A stretch of 64,000 nucleotides of DNA from Deltaproteobacteria bacterium UBA6601 (GCA_002433485.1 DJIF01000084.1:61286-125285); one strand, 5' to 3'; shown: positions 20,116-31,816, counted from the first letter of the stretch. Made by a program: numbers and translations. Notes: generated from the sequence alone by a model not told the origin.

Positions 20116-21243
20116 TCAGGCAGTACCGCGCACCGAAACTGACCACAGCATCCCACTGCCGACCAACATCGTTAGCACGGATGAGCCGCCATAGGACATA
20201 AAGGGCAAGGTGACGCCAGTGATGGGCAGCAGCCCTAACACCCCGCCTAGGTTGATGCACACGTGACAAAAGAACACCGCCACAATCCCTGCACAGAGCA
20301 AGGCACCAAAACGGTCCCGCGCATGCCAGGCAATCCACAGACCACAAAGCATATAGGTGAAATAAAGGAGCAACAGAGCAACGCAGCCCACATAGCCCCG
20401 CTCCTCAGCAAAGACCGAAAAGATGAAGTCGGTGTGCTGCTCGGGCAGGAAACGGAGCCGACCCTGGGTGTTATTGCCAAAACCCTTTCCCAGCAACCGA
20501 CCCGAGCCGATGGCATAGCGGCCCTGGATGGCCTGGTAGCCGTGACCCTTGGGATCCGCATCGGGTGAGAGGAGGGCATCAACCCGGTCCCGCTGATAGT
20601 CACCCAGCACATGGACGTAGGCCAGTGGCGCTGCGAGACCGGCCACCAGAACCAACATCAACAGGCTCCGCCAGCGCAGCCCCACGACAAAGACCATCAC
20701 CCCATAGACTGAGCACAAAAACAGGGTGGTCCCAAGGTCCGGTCCTTTGAATACCAGCAAGGCAGTGGGTAGCAGGAGCATGGCAGTCGGAAAAAGCAGA
20801 TCTCTGAGATTCCAGCCCTGTGGACGCGACTGAGCCGCAAAGTATCGAGCGGCAGCGAGGACCAGGCTTAGTTTCGCCAATTCAGAAGGCTGTAGGCTGA
20901 ATGCTCCCAAGGGCAGCCATCGCTGTGCCCCCCCACGCACCGGCCCGACCAACAGAACCACCAGCAGCAACAGCAGAGTGACCCCCAGGGCACCGTAGGC
21001 GCAACGCTCATAGAGCCGCGGTGGGACAGCAGCCGCGGCGACCATCAAACCCAGCCCCAACCCCATGTAGACGACCTGCCTGGTGAATGCCCGAGGAGCC
21101 CCCTCCAAGAGCGGCGAACCGGCGGCAGAGTAGAGGGTCAGCAGACCTACCACGCAGAGACTCACAGTGACGACCAGCAGAGGCCAATCGACCAGGCGCT
21201 GACGGCCGCCGATGCTGGCTGTCTCCAAAGCCCTGGCCATCAC
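20116..21243 (-). CDS. rodA: Rod shape-determining protein RodA (SEDS)
   Basis: GAQRW, QPSELAK, DLGT, FLPEQHTDFIF and LPFMSYGGSS. Confidence 0.95.
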   Translation of the reverse strand: MMARALETASIGGRQRLVDWPLLVVTVSLCVVGLLTLYSAAGSPLLEGAPRAFTRQVVYMGLGLGLMVAAAAVPPRLYERCAYGALGVTLLLLLVVLLVGPVRGGAQRWLPLGAFSLQPSELAKLSLVLAAARYFAAQSRPQGWNLRDLLFPTAMLLLPTALLVFKGPDLGTTLFLCSVYGVMVFVVGLRWRSLLMLVLVAGLAAPLAYVHVLGDYQRDRVDALLSPDADPKGHGYQAIQGRYAIGSGRLLGKGFGNNTQGRLRFLPEQHTDFIFSVFAEERGYVGCVALLLLYFTYMLCGLWIAWHARDRFGALLCAGIVAVFFCHVCINLGGVLGLLPITGVTLPFMSYGGSSVLTMLVGSGMLWSVSVRGTA

Positions 21244-23357
21244 TGGACCGCAGCTCCAGCACCCGTTGCCAAAGACCTACTTTTGGGGCGTGAGTCACCA
21301 ATTCGACGACCTTCTGAACGCGCCTTTGCAAGCGGTTCGGCAAAGTAGTGCTCCAGCATCTTGCGCGCGATCGGGGCAGCCGCCGTGCTGCCGTGCTCAC
21401 CGTGCTCAACGAGGACCGTAACCACCACCTCAGGCTGCTCGTAAGGTGCAAAAGCGGTGAACCATGCATGGTCCTTAAACCGCTTGCTGTTGCGCTTCTT
21501 TGCATTGCGCACCGAGCCCAGGCTGACCACCTGGGCTGTCCCAGTCTTGCCCGCATAAGCCAGGTGCTTGAGTCGCTGGCCTCTGGCAGTACCACCACGC
21601 TCATCGACCACTGCCAACATGCCTTTGCGAATGGATTCAAAGTGGCTCGGTGCCAGATCAACCTGACCGGTGACTTCAGGATCCTGCCGCCAGACAACCT
21701 GCCCGTTGGAGCCGACCACCCGGTCCACGACCAGTGGACGATACAAGGTACCGCCGTTAGCAAAAGCCGCGGTCATACTGGCCACCTGTAACGGAGTAGC
21801 CAGGGTATAGCCCTGACCGATCACCGCTGAAGCAGTGTCACCCTTCTTCCAAACCCCCAAGCGGGGACGGCTCTTAAAGCGCACCTTCTTCCACGCACTG
21901 TCAGGATTCAGTCCACTCGCCTCAGAGTTAAAGCCGATACCGGTAGGTCGACCCATGCCAAACATGGAAGCAAAGCGAGCAACGGTATCGATACCCACAT
22001 GCAGACCCGCTCGATAGAAATAGACATCACAAGAGTGCTTCAAGGCACCACTAAGGTTCACCTTGCCGTGCCCCTTACGGTTCCAGCAATGGAAACGGCG
22101 GCGGCCGACCTTGACGCTGCCGGCACAGTTGACCAGCTTGCGATCGCTCCATTCACCACTGGCCAGCACTGCGGCTCCCACAATCATCTTCCAAGTGGAT
22201 GCTGGCGGGTAGACACCCTGCAGCGCCTTGTCCACCAGCGGATGGTCCGGGTCCTGACTGAGCCGCTTCCATTCCTCTGGGCTGATCCGCGAGTTGAAAA
22301 TAGTCGGGTCAAATCCGGGCGCATTGGCCACTGCAAGCACCCGACCGCTATCCACCTCCATCATCACCACCGACCCCGACTCATTACCCAGCAAGTCGAC
22401 CGCCAGCTGCTGAAGATCTCGCCGTACCGTCAGATGTAGATCATGACCAGAGCGCTCCGGCGTCAAACCGCGGTTCAAGAAGTGATCAATGGAACGAAAG
22501 TACTCGTCTCCGGGACGATCGGCAGCAGCAGAGCGGCCCAATTCGCGGCCATGCACATCAACCTGCACCCAGTAAGAACCGTCATCACCCCGCAGCCACT
22601 CCTCATAGGCAGCCTCGAGACCATATTTGCCCATCATGTCACCGGACTGGTACCAACCGGGCCCGTGACTGCTGTCCCGATAGCGCTCACGCAACCGCGG
22701 CAGTTCATCGGCCCGGACCTCACGGAGATAGCCCACCAGATGGGAAAAGAGCGAACCGTTGGGGTAGTGACGGCGGTGCCGCGCGACCACCGAGACCCCC
22801 GGCAACCAGGCCCGCCGCGCGAGGACCCGCTCAAGTTCTGCTTCACTTACATCCGCAGCCAACACGACGCTTCGCCACCGGTCGGCCCTACGCCCCTGCT
22901 CAAAGCGCTCCAACAGTTCCTCTGGATCAGCGTGCTCCAGGAGCTCTGCCAGACGGACACAGAGAGTGCCCACATCAATCCTTGATGGTAATTCCCAGGC
23001 GTCGCTGTCGGGCGGCCCAGCCTTGGCCCAGGCCATTTCGCCAAGCTCAAGGGCCCTCCCCTCCTCCACCTCGTCGGGCGCCACCACCACATCGAACGAA
23101 GCACGAACCTCAGCGATCCGCTCACCGTCCGCATCGTAAATGCCACCCCTCGGCGCCGGAATCTCCCGCTCTTTGAGGTGATTCTTCTCTGCCAAATCAG
23201 CGAACTCAGCGCCCCGCACCACCTGAAGAATCCAAAGTCGGCCCAACAACATGACCAACAGAACCACCAGGACCACAGCAAAGAAGCCGAGTCGCGGTCT
23301 CAGTTCCTGCGGTCGGCCAGCCACTCGCAGCGTTGGGTTCGCTGAAGGACCAATCAC
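21240..23357 (-). CDS. mrdA: Penicillin-binding protein 2
   Basis: APRGGIYD, RHYP, YPPASTWK (SxxK), SCDVYFY and GKTGTAQ. GTG 23357 overlaps the mreD stop (GTGA). Confidence 0.95.
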   Translation of the reverse strand: MIGPSANPTLRVAGRPQELRPRLGFFAVVLVVLLVMLLGRLWILQVVRGAEFADLAEKNHLKEREIPAPRGGIYDADGERIAEVRASFDVVVAPDEVEEGRALELGEMAWAKAGPPDSDAWELPSRIDVGTLCVRLAELLEHADPEELLERFEQGRRADRWRSVVLAADVSEAELERVLARRAWLPGVSVVARHRRHYPNGSLFSHLVGYLREVRADELPRLRERYRDSSHGPGWYQSGDMMGKYGLEAAYEEWLRGDDGSYWVQVDVHGRELGRSAAADRPGDEYFRSIDHFLNRGLTPERSGHDLHLTVRRDLQQLAVDLLGNESGSVVMMEVDSGRVLAVANAPGFDPTIFNSRISPEEWKRLSQDPDHPLVDKALQGVYPPASTWKMIVGAAVLASGEWSDRKLVNCAGSVKVGRRRFHCWNRKGHGKVNLSGALKHSCDVYFYRAGLHVGIDTVARFASMFGMGRPTGIGFNSEASGLNPDSAWKKVRFKSRPRLGVWKKGDTASAVIGQGYTLATPLQVASMTAAFANGGTLYRPLVVDRVVGSNGQVVWRQDPEVTGQVDLAPSHFESIRKGMLAVVDERGGTARGQRLKHLAYAGKTGTAQVVSLGSVRNAKKRNSKRFKDHAWFTAFAPYEQPEVVVTVLVEHGEHGSTAAAPIARKMLEHYFAEPLAKARSEGRRIGDSRPKSRSLATGAGAAVQ

Positions 23358-23917
23358 GAGGAACGTCCCATCCCGCCCCGACCGCGAACCAGCCCACAAA
23401 CCCGCAATAAAAAGGGCCACAGACAAGCGCTGGCAACGACCGCCGCCAAAACTTCGTGAGGAACGGCCTTCAAATCACTGGACAGCTCCGCTCCGACCAG
23501 AGCCGGGAAGAGATAGACGAGCACGCCAGAAAAGCCACAGACCAGGGCCACGCCGATGGTCGGCATCCAGCGATCCCGCAACACCACGTGCCCCCTGGCG
23601 GGAATTGCGAGGACCACGATCAACAGGTTGCGCATCAACTGCCGGTAATAAGGAGCACCGGACAGTGAATCAGCTAGCAAACCCAGAGCCACGGCGAGCG
23701 TCAGGCTCTCGGCCCGCCGCGGGCCAAGAGAGGACGCGACCAATAGCGCGACAATGGGATCAAAAGGCAGACCAGAAAGGCTCAAGTTCGGCAGTACTGA
23801 ACTCTGTAGCAACAGCCAGACGGAGCCTACCGCGAGGCCAGCAGTGAAGCTTGATGGGCGCAGATCGACGCCACTCTGCCCTTCTCCTGGCAAAGCGAGC
23901 CGCGCTCCACCCCTCAT
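23354..23917 (-). CDS. mreD: Rod shape-determining protein MreD
   Basis: Hydrophobic multi-TM ORF between mreC and mrdA with overlapping stop/start codons; GLLADSLSG motif. Confidence 0.7.
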   Translation of the reverse strand: MRGGARLALPGEGQSGVDLRPSSFTAGLAVGSVWLLLQSSVLPNLSLSGLPFDPIVALLVASSLGPRRAESLTLAVALGLLADSLSGAPYYRQLMRNLLIVVLAIPARGHVVLRDRWMPTIGVALVCGFSGVLVYLFPALVGAELSSDLKAVPHEVLAAVVASACLWPFLLRVCGLVRGRGGMGRSS

Positions 23918-24840
23918 GGCCAGCGCTCCAACTCCGGCTCAAGCTGGGTCGGCCCATCATCCTGATGTTCTTCAAAGTGCGGCTCCCCTCGAAGTCCAGG
24001 AACTTCAGGGAACTGAAACACTCCAACTCCATCCTCCACCAGGACCAGCACCTCTTCAACCCGATCCAGATCAACCGCAGACTGCAGCGTAATGTCGAGA
24101 AACAGACCGGTCTGCGGGACCTCAACATTACTTACCCGAGCAAGAGGAACCCCCTCAGGAAACAGACCATCCTCCCCGCTGGAGACCACCCACTCACCGG
24201 CAAGGACCGCGTGCTGTTCGCGGCGGCGAACGAAGTCCAACTCCAGAAAATCACCCCCCTGCCCGGCGGCAACACCCCGCAGGCGACTGCCCTGGAGCAC
24301 CGCGCCCACCGTACTCAAACCGTCGGTCAGCAACAGCACATCGGCGTAGTCGGAAGAGACCCGAAGCACCTGACCCACCGCACCGCGGAGCGCCAACACT
24401 GGCTGGCCCGCCCGCAAACCTGCATTGGCCCCACGATCGATCCGCAAGGTATGGAAACGGGTCGAAACACCACGGCCAATGACTGAAGCGGCGACGCTCC
24501 TAGCGGGGACCCGAGTCCTGAGGCCATGCAGTTGCCTAAGCCGCTCATTTTCAAGCCGCAGCTCAAGCAGTTCCCCCCGCCGCGAATCCGCCACCTCGAG
24601 ACTGCTCAAAAGTCTTTTATTTTCTTCATTTACAGAGACAATTCGAAAGTATTTGTCGAATATTCCCACAGCGCCGTCCGCGACTCCAGACAGTGCAGCC
24701 TGGACGGGACCGGTTATTGCCAACAGGGCGCGATCAGCCACACTGGTTTCGTCAGTGACTTTGCTGCGGGCATGGACATGCCAGCCCATAAGGCCCAGCA
24801 CCACCAGGATGCAAGCAGCGCGAAGTCCTGCGTTTGACAA
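23914..24840 (-). CDS. mreC: Rod shape-determining protein MreC
   Basis: N-terminal TM, coiled coil ENERLRQL, IDRG..G, and VVSSGEDGLFPEG. Confidence 0.92.
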   Translation of the reverse strand: MSNAGLRAACILVVLGLMGWHVHARSKVTDETSVADRALLAITGPVQAALSGVADGAVGIFDKYFRIVSVNEENKRLLSSLEVADSRRGELLELRLENERLRQLHGLRTRVPARSVAASVIGRGVSTRFHTLRIDRGANAGLRAGQPVLALRGAVGQVLRVSSDYADVLLLTDGLSTVGAVLQGSRLRGVAAGQGGDFLELDFVRRREQHAVLAGEWVVSSGEDGLFPEGVPLARVSNVEVPQTGLFLDITLQSAVDLDRVEEVLVLVEDGVGVFQFPEVPGLRGEPHFEEHQDDGPTQLEPELERWP

Positions 24841-24933
24841 GGACCTACCTCATTCGGTCCGGCAGTAGTTCCGAACCTGCTCCGAAGGACGGAGCCGTAC
24901 GCTGAAGCAGGGAGCTGCGCCTCCCAACCCCAG

Positions 24934-26070
<1,137 letters not shown>

Positions 26071-26299
26071 TTACCGCGCAGGGCTCAGTTACGCTGAGGA
26101 TGGATCGCGAAAAAGCCTGTGTCAACGAAGAAAGAGCGCAGACGCAAGGATTTCTGGAAAGGCAAAAAAAAGCCTGCCAAAACAGGATTTTTCGAAGCAT
26201 CGGTGGGAGCTACCTTGACGGGGAGCCAAGCAATCGCGACACTGCGCCACCCAACGGCGGGCCCAATTAAAGTAGTGCCCGCGAAACCCTGGACTCCCG

Positions 26300-27805
26300 A
26301 TGCTCGGCTACCTTCGCAATCAGACCAATTCTTTCTTCATCAAAGGCATCATCGTTCTGATCAGCCTGTCCTTCATCCTGTTCTTTGGCTCAGCGGCCCT
26401 GTTCTCGGACCGGACCCAGGTTGTGGCAGAGGTAAATGGCTATGCCATTCGCGACACTGAGCTGAATCGAGAGTGGCAGCTGGCAGCGCGCCGAGCGCAA
26501 CGATTTAATCCCGAGATCAGCGACGATGACATCCAGCGACTGCGCGCCCAGGTGCTGGACAACATCATCGAACGCCATCTCATCACCGAAGAAGCCCGCA
26601 GCCAGGGATTTGTCATATCTCGCGACCAGGTGCAGCGCGCGGTGCTCGAGGAGCCGGGCTTTCAAGACGACGAAGGCAACTTCGATATGGAGCGCTATAA
26701 GGCGTACTTAGGGAGCAATGCCACTCGGAATGCAGCGCGCCTCCAAGAGGACTATGAGGAGCGCCTGCTCTACTCCAGCATTGTCGACTTTATCGGTGAC
26801 AGCATTGTAATTGGCCCACAGGAGGTTCGTGACACGTACGAGCGCGAGAACAGCAAGCGCAACGTGGAATTCCTGAAGATCAACTCGTCGCGATTTCGCA
26901 ACGCAGTCTCCTTGGGTGAAGAAGAACTAAAAGCCTTCATCGCTGAGCAGGGCGAAGCAATCCGAGAACGCTACGACCGGGACTTCGACCGCAAGTACAA
27001 CCAACCGAAGAAGGTCAGCGCCCGCCACATCCTGCTCAAGTTCGGCGACAATGATGATGACAGCTCCCGGGCCGAAATCCGCACCCGGATGGAGGAGATC
27101 CTGGCCCTGGCGAAGGCAGATGGCTCCGACTTCGCTGCCCTCGCCAGCGAGCACTCTGAAGACTCTTCTGCCAGCCGCGGTGGCGACCTGGGTTTCTTCG
27201 ACAAAGGACGGATGGTCGAAGAGTTCTCGGACGCTGCATTCGCCCTGGAGATTGGTGGAATCAGCGGCATCGTGGAAACCCGCTACGGCCTCCACATCAT
27301 TAAGGTAGAGGACATTCAGGAAGCCTCCACCAAAGCGTTGGAAGAGGTCCGCGATGAGGTTGCGCTCGACCTTGCCCGCGAGGAGCGGGCCCCAGAGCTC
27401 GCCCGCAGCTATGCAGAGCGACTCACCGGGGCGCTGAACGGCTCCCTCGACGAGCCTGCTATCGAAGCGCTACTCGCAGAGCAAAGCCTGAGCGTGCAAG
27501 AGAGCGGTCCGTTCAACGGTGGGGCCCGCGCTGTTCCCAAGCTCGGCGGGGCAACCCCTGAGGCCGTAGCGGCAGCCTTCCAGCTGAACGAAATCGGCGC
27601 TGTTACTGCGGCGCCAGTGCAGATCCCGGCGGGCTGGGTGGTGATGCGGCTCAAGGACAAGAGCGAGCCCAGTGCGAATGGCTTCGAGGAGGACAGAGAA
27701 TCCATCCGCAAGCGGCTACAGCGCGCCCGACGCTCCCAGGCCGTAGAGAGCTGGAAACGCGACCTGAAGGCCAATGCCCAGATTCAGGTAAGGCCTGGCG
27801 TCTAA
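26300..27805 (+). CDS. PpiD/SurA-like periplasmic chaperone with parvulin PPIase domain
   Basis: N-terminal TM, SurA-N-like region, then SARHILLK, FAALASEHSED, GGDLGFF and ETRYGLHIIK. Confidence 0.85.
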   Translation: MLGYLRNQTNSFFIKGIIVLISLSFILFFGSAALFSDRTQVVAEVNGYAIRDTELNREWQLAARRAQRFNPEISDDDIQRLRAQVLDNIIERHLITEEARSQGFVISRDQVQRAVLEEPGFQDDEGNFDMERYKAYLGSNATRNAARLQEDYEERLLYSSIVDFIGDSIVIGPQEVRDTYERENSKRNVEFLKINSSRFRNAVSLGEEELKAFIAEQGEAIRERYDRDFDRKYNQPKKVSARHILLKFGDNDDDSSRAEIRTRMEEILALAKADGSDFAALASEHSEDSSASRGGDLGFFDKGRMVEEFSDAAFALEIGGISGIVETRYGLHIIKVEDIQEASTKALEEVRDEVALDLAREERAPELARSYAERLTGALNGSLDEPAIEALLAEQSLSVQESGPFNGGARAVPKLGGATPEAVAAAFQLNEIGAVTAAPVQIPAGWVVMRLKDKSEPSANGFEEDRESIRKRLQRARRSQAVESWKRDLKANAQIQVRPGV

Positions 27806-27818
27806 CGGAGCCGGAATC

Positions 27819-29855
27819 ATGAACCGGAACCGCCTGCTGGTCCTGCTGATCGTCCTGTTTCTGGTCGCCGTGGTCGCTACGGCGGCGATCGGTGTCAACC
27901 TTATGGTCAAGGCGGCCAGCGGCGACGTCGAAGAGGGCTCTACCCTGGTGCTCGACCTGGCCGGGCCCTTCCCCGAGCAACCCGCTCCGGAGGCACCGCT
28001 CGCTGGATTGGGCTCTCAGCCGCTGTCGGTGTTTGAAGTCGACACAGTGCTCGAAGAGGCATCCTTCGATGACAACATCGAGCAATTACTGATCCGGATT
28101 GGCGGCATCGAAGCGGGCTACGGAAAGGTCTTTGAGTTGCGAGAAATCATCGCCCGTTTCTCCCGAGAGTCTGGCAAGGCGACCACCTGCTGGATGGAGG
28201 CCGGTGGCAACCGGGAGTACCTGCTTGCCACTGCCTGCGATGAGATCTTCATGGCTCCTGAGGGCTTCATGCTGGTCAACGGGCTGCACATCAACACCAC
28301 CTTCTTTAAAGGGACCCTCGACAAGCTGGGCATCGAGGCTGAATTCACCCGAGCCGGTCGCTACAAGAGCGCTGTCGAGCCTCTGACTCGAAAAGAGATG
28401 TCGGGCCCTTACAAGGAAATGCTCAACTCCATCGCCGACAGTCTGTTCACCGATTACGTGGATGCAGTAGCGAGCGCTCGAGATCTGGATGGAGATAGCG
28501 TCCGTGCCCTGATCGACAACCCCAGCATTACCGCAACAAGCGCCCACCAGGTCGGCCTGATCGACGGACTCCTCTACCGAGATCAGCTGCACGATTACTT
28601 GCGAGGTGACTTTGAGCCCGAAGCAGTTGAAGAGCCGACTGAGCCCCTGATTTTCGCTGCAGCCGACACTGACCTGCCCACCCTCAACGAATCAGCGGCA
28701 GCTCCAGGCACCTGGGTTGCAGGTCGCGGTGAGGTCGCGCCTGAGTTGGTCGACCTGCTGCGCCAACAACAACCGGTTGATGCTCAAAGCAAGGGCAATG
28801 ACGACGACAGCGGCGACCTGGCCCCTGGCAATCAAGAGGGCCGGGACGACGACGACAGCAGTGACCAGGACACTGACGATGAAGAGGACCAAAGCAACGG
28901 TCCACGCATTAAATTCCGGGACTATCAGGCCTCCATGGAAGACCTGTTCGATCTGGGCGGGAACGAGGCCATCGCGGTGATCTTCTGCGAGGGCCAGATC
29001 ATGTCAGGAGCCAGCGAACGCGGCGGTCTGAGCGGTCCTACTATGGGCAGCGCAACCCTCGGTCGGGCGATTCGCTCTGCTCGCATTGACGACGAAATCA
29101 AAGCGCTGGTCCTCAGAATCGACTCTCCAGGTGGAAGTGGTCTCGCCTCTGATGTGATCTGGCGTGAGATCGAGCTGGCACGCACTGAGAACAACAAACC
29201 GGTGATCGTCTCGATGGGCAACCTCGCTGCCAGTGGCGGCTACTACATCGCGATGGGTGCCGATGTGATCGTGGCCGCTCCGACCACCCTGACCGGGTCC
29301 ATCGGGGTCTACGGAGGCAAGTACAACCTCTCAGGTCTCTACGAGAAGCTGGGCATGAGTCACGATGAGCTCAAGCGTGGCGAGTTGGCCGACCTGTTCG
29401 CTTCGACCAAGCCGCTGGGTGAAGCCGGCCAGGCCAAGCTGGCAGAATTCGTCGACGCCTTTTACGAAACCTTTCTGCGTAAGGCTGCAGCAGGACGAAA
29501 CACCGATCCGCTCAAGATCCACGAGGTCGCGCAGGGACGAGTCTGGACTGGTCGTCAAGCCCAACAGATCGGCCTGGTGGACGAATTGGGCTCGCTCCGA
29601 ACCGCCATCGCCATCGCTCGGGAACGGGCCAATCTGGACCGCTCGGCTAAGCTGCGAGTGCTCCCGGAGCAGCCCAGCTTTCTCGACGAACTGCTCGGCG
29701 GCAGCTTTGAAGCCCACGCAACTCAGCGCCTGCTGCACTCCATTGACGCCCAGTACGGCAGCAGCACGGCCCTCTCAAGGCTACTGCAGGCAGCTCCGCT
29801 ATTCGCCTCCGGAAGGCCCGTACTCATGGCGCCCTACACCATCAATATCCACTGA
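27819..29855 (+). CDS. sppA: Signal peptide peptidase SppA (67K type) with acidic insertion
   Basis: Two S49 domains: GRYKSAVEP (Lys), LRIDSPGGS, AASGGYY (Ser), TGSIGV and QGRVWTG. Confidence 0.92.
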   Translation: MNRNRLLVLLIVLFLVAVVATAAIGVNLMVKAASGDVEEGSTLVLDLAGPFPEQPAPEAPLAGLGSQPLSVFEVDTVLEEASFDDNIEQLLIRIGGIEAGYGKVFELREIIARFSRESGKATTCWMEAGGNREYLLATACDEIFMAPEGFMLVNGLHINTTFFKGTLDKLGIEAEFTRAGRYKSAVEPLTRKEMSGPYKEMLNSIADSLFTDYVDAVASARDLDGDSVRALIDNPSITATSAHQVGLIDGLLYRDQLHDYLRGDFEPEAVEEPTEPLIFAAADTDLPTLNESAAAPGTWVAGRGEVAPELVDLLRQQQPVDAQSKGNDDDSGDLAPGNQEGRDDDDSSDQDTDDEEDQSNGPRIKFRDYQASMEDLFDLGGNEAIAVIFCEGQIMSGASERGGLSGPTMGSATLGRAIRSARIDDEIKALVLRIDSPGGSGLASDVIWREIELARTENNKPVIVSMGNLAASGGYYIAMGADVIVAAPTTLTGSIGVYGGKYNLSGLYEKLGMSHDELKRGELADLFASTKPLGEAGQAKLAEFVDAFYETFLRKAAAGRNTDPLKIHEVAQGRVWTGRQAQQIGLVDELGSLRTAIAIARERANLDRSAKLRVLPEQPSFLDELLGGSFEAHATQRLLHSIDAQYGSSTALSRLLQAAPLFASGRPVLMAPYTINIH

Positions 29856-29899
29856 TATGAAGGTGGTCATCCGGTCATCCCCGGCCTAGGATTCTCAGC

Positions 29900-30676
29900 A
29901 TGAAACCCACCCTAATCCTCAGCCTCGCCCTGGCACTCTCGGGATGCAGCGAGATCGATGACTATTTCTCTACCGTAGCGGCTCAAGCGCTCTTCATCGG
30001 GCTCGACGACCCGAGTTCAGCCCAATCCATTGGACTCGACCCGGCCCTGGCCAACGGAGCGACGGCCACCGTGTTCCTGGCCAAGGCGCGCAGCTTGGAG
30101 AGCATCTCAGCCAACCTCTTCGATGATGCAGATAGCGTGTCGATCTCGGACAGCACTACATCGGTGACCCTCAGTCCCAGAGGTAACGGTCTCTACAGCG
30201 TTGACTCCGGGGAAGACGAGGCGCTGAGCTATGTGATTGGCCGCTCGTACAGCATCGATGTCTATGAAGAGGGGCGCCTCCATAGTGCAGAGATGCTCGC
30301 ACCGCCCCCGCCCAGCCTGACAGGCATCCCTGATGCTCAGGCCGGGTCAACCCACCCTGCCGGCAGTGAACTCCAGATCAATATGGGGCAGCAATTCGAC
30401 AACTATCTGGTGCTGGTCAGCGATGAGAGCGGCTCCATCACCTACAGCAACCGGCCAGAAGAGGTCAGCGACTACCTTGACTGGATCGGTGGCAGCAGCG
30501 TGTTCACCACCATCACCGTGCCAGGTTCGGCCTTTCCTGCCAGTGGGACCGGCTACATCGTCGCGGTTGCCGGCATCCGACGAGCCTCCGACAGCGCCTT
30601 TGACAACTTCAATCCGTTGGTGAGCAACCTCGCCATGGGCAGCCTGGCGGTCAGCCCGGTCGTGACCAGCCCGTGA
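29900..30676 (+). CDS. Uncharacterised lipoprotein (258 aa)
   Basis: MKPTLILSLALALSGC lipobox and a beta-rich body; stop overlaps the next start. Confidence 0.7.
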   Translation: MKPTLILSLALALSGCSEIDDYFSTVAAQALFIGLDDPSSAQSIGLDPALANGATATVFLAKARSLESISANLFDDADSVSISDSTTSVTLSPRGNGLYSVDSGEDEALSYVIGRSYSIDVYEEGRLHSAEMLAPPPPSLTGIPDAQAGSTHPAGSELQINMGQQFDNYLVLVSDESGSITYSNRPEEVSDYLDWIGGSSVFTTITVPGSAFPASGTGYIVAVAGIRRASDSAFDNFNPLVSNLAMGSLAVSPVVTSP

Positions 30677-31182
30677 AGTCCACCTCTGCAGATTCGCGGC
30701 TCGTCACTCCGCTGCAAAGCCCCCGACTGGTCCATTTACCTGAACCGGTGTTGGCGCATGCCTGCCGCTGGGCTCAGCAGCACAGCCCCCGGGAGAGTTG
30801 CGCGCTGCTCACCGGACGGCGTTCAAACAACAGCCTTAGCGTTCATCGCCTAATTCCCTGCCACAATCAGGTCGACCTGGCGCATCAGCACAGAGCCTTC
30901 GCCATCGACCCCATGGAGGTCCTGAGCGCTGAAGACCAAGCCCTGGAAGAAGGGGAGCAACTCATCGGTCTGATGCACAGCCACAGCCTCGCCCCTGCGC
31001 GACCCTCAGCTGCCGACATCACCTCAGCCCGCAGCTGGCCCCAGACCCTTTGGCTGATCCTTGGGCCTGATGGGGATGGTCGCATCGAAGCCCGCGCCTG
31101 GTGGGCAGATGGCGAGAGCCTCCATGAGCTGAGCTTCTCCCGGCCGGTCCCCACCCACCTACTATGGTCCGCCAATTCATGA
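30673..31182 (+). CDS. JAB/MPN (M67) metallopeptidase
   Basis: JAMM motif: ESC...HSH......PS..D. Confidence 0.85.
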   Translation: MKSTSADSRLVTPLQSPRLVHLPEPVLAHACRWAQQHSPRESCALLTGRRSNNSLSVHRLIPCHNQVDLAHQHRAFAIDPMEVLSAEDQALEEGEQLIGLMHSHSLAPARPSAADITSARSWPQTLWLILGPDGDGRIEARAWWADGESLHELSFSRPVPTHLLWSANS

Positions 31183-31814
31183 GCCACGGTCTATTCATCA
31201 GCTTTGAAGGCATCGAAGGTTCAGGCAAGTCAACCCAGCTGAACCTGCTTAGAGACTGGCTCACTGAGCAGGGCCGCGAGGTAGTTTCCGTTCGTGAGCC
31301 TGGCAGTACTCCCATCGGTAACCGAATCCGCGGACTGTTGCTGGATCCGTCCGCGACTGAGATGTGCGAACACACCGAAATGCTGCTGTTTGCGGCTGCG
31401 CGGGCGCAGCTGGTGCGGCAGGTGATTCGACCGGCCCTCGCCCGCGGCGCTATGGTCCTCTGCGATCGGTATCTGCACAGCAGCATCGCCTACCAGGGTT
31501 GGGCCCGCTCGCTCGGGCGAGAGCGCGTCATTCGGGTCAATGCCGAAGCGACCGACGGTCTGCTTCCCGATCAAGTCCTGCTGATCGATGTTCCGGTCCC
31601 GGTGGCCATGGAGCGAGCTCGAAAACGGGCTGGACTTGACCGCATTGAACAGGAAGACCTCACTTTTCACGAAGCGGTACGGCGCGGTTACCTGGCCGAA
31701 CACGCCTGGGACCCCAGCCGAATCCAGCTGATCGACGGAGATCGAGATCAGAACAGCGTCCTGCTGGAGATCATCGAGCGCCTTGACAATGCCCTGTCCT
31801 CTCCGGAGGCCTGA
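31179..31814 (+). CDS. tmk: Thymidylate kinase
   Basis: FEGIEGSGKST, REPG, LFAAARAQ and CDRY. ATGA overlap at 31179. Confidence 0.96.
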   Translation: MSHGLFISFEGIEGSGKSTQLNLLRDWLTEQGREVVSVREPGSTPIGNRIRGLLLDPSATEMCEHTEMLLFAAARAQLVRQVIRPALARGAMVLCDRYLHSSIAYQGWARSLGRERVIRVNAEATDGLLPDQVLLIDVPVPVAMERARKRAGLDRIEQEDLTFHEAVRRGYLAEHAWDPSRIQLIDGDRDQNSVLLEIIERLDNALSSPEA

Positions 31815-31816
31815 TA

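Noticed and set aside
26097-26125. Sigma70 promoter for mreB (minus-strand TTGACA at 26125-26120)
   Set aside because: The -10 at 17-nt spacing is CATCCT, too weak to call without TSS data.
30673-31182. JAB as part of a CBASS or ubiquitin-like defence system
   Set aside because: No CD-NTase, E1/E2 or Ubl gene is nearby.
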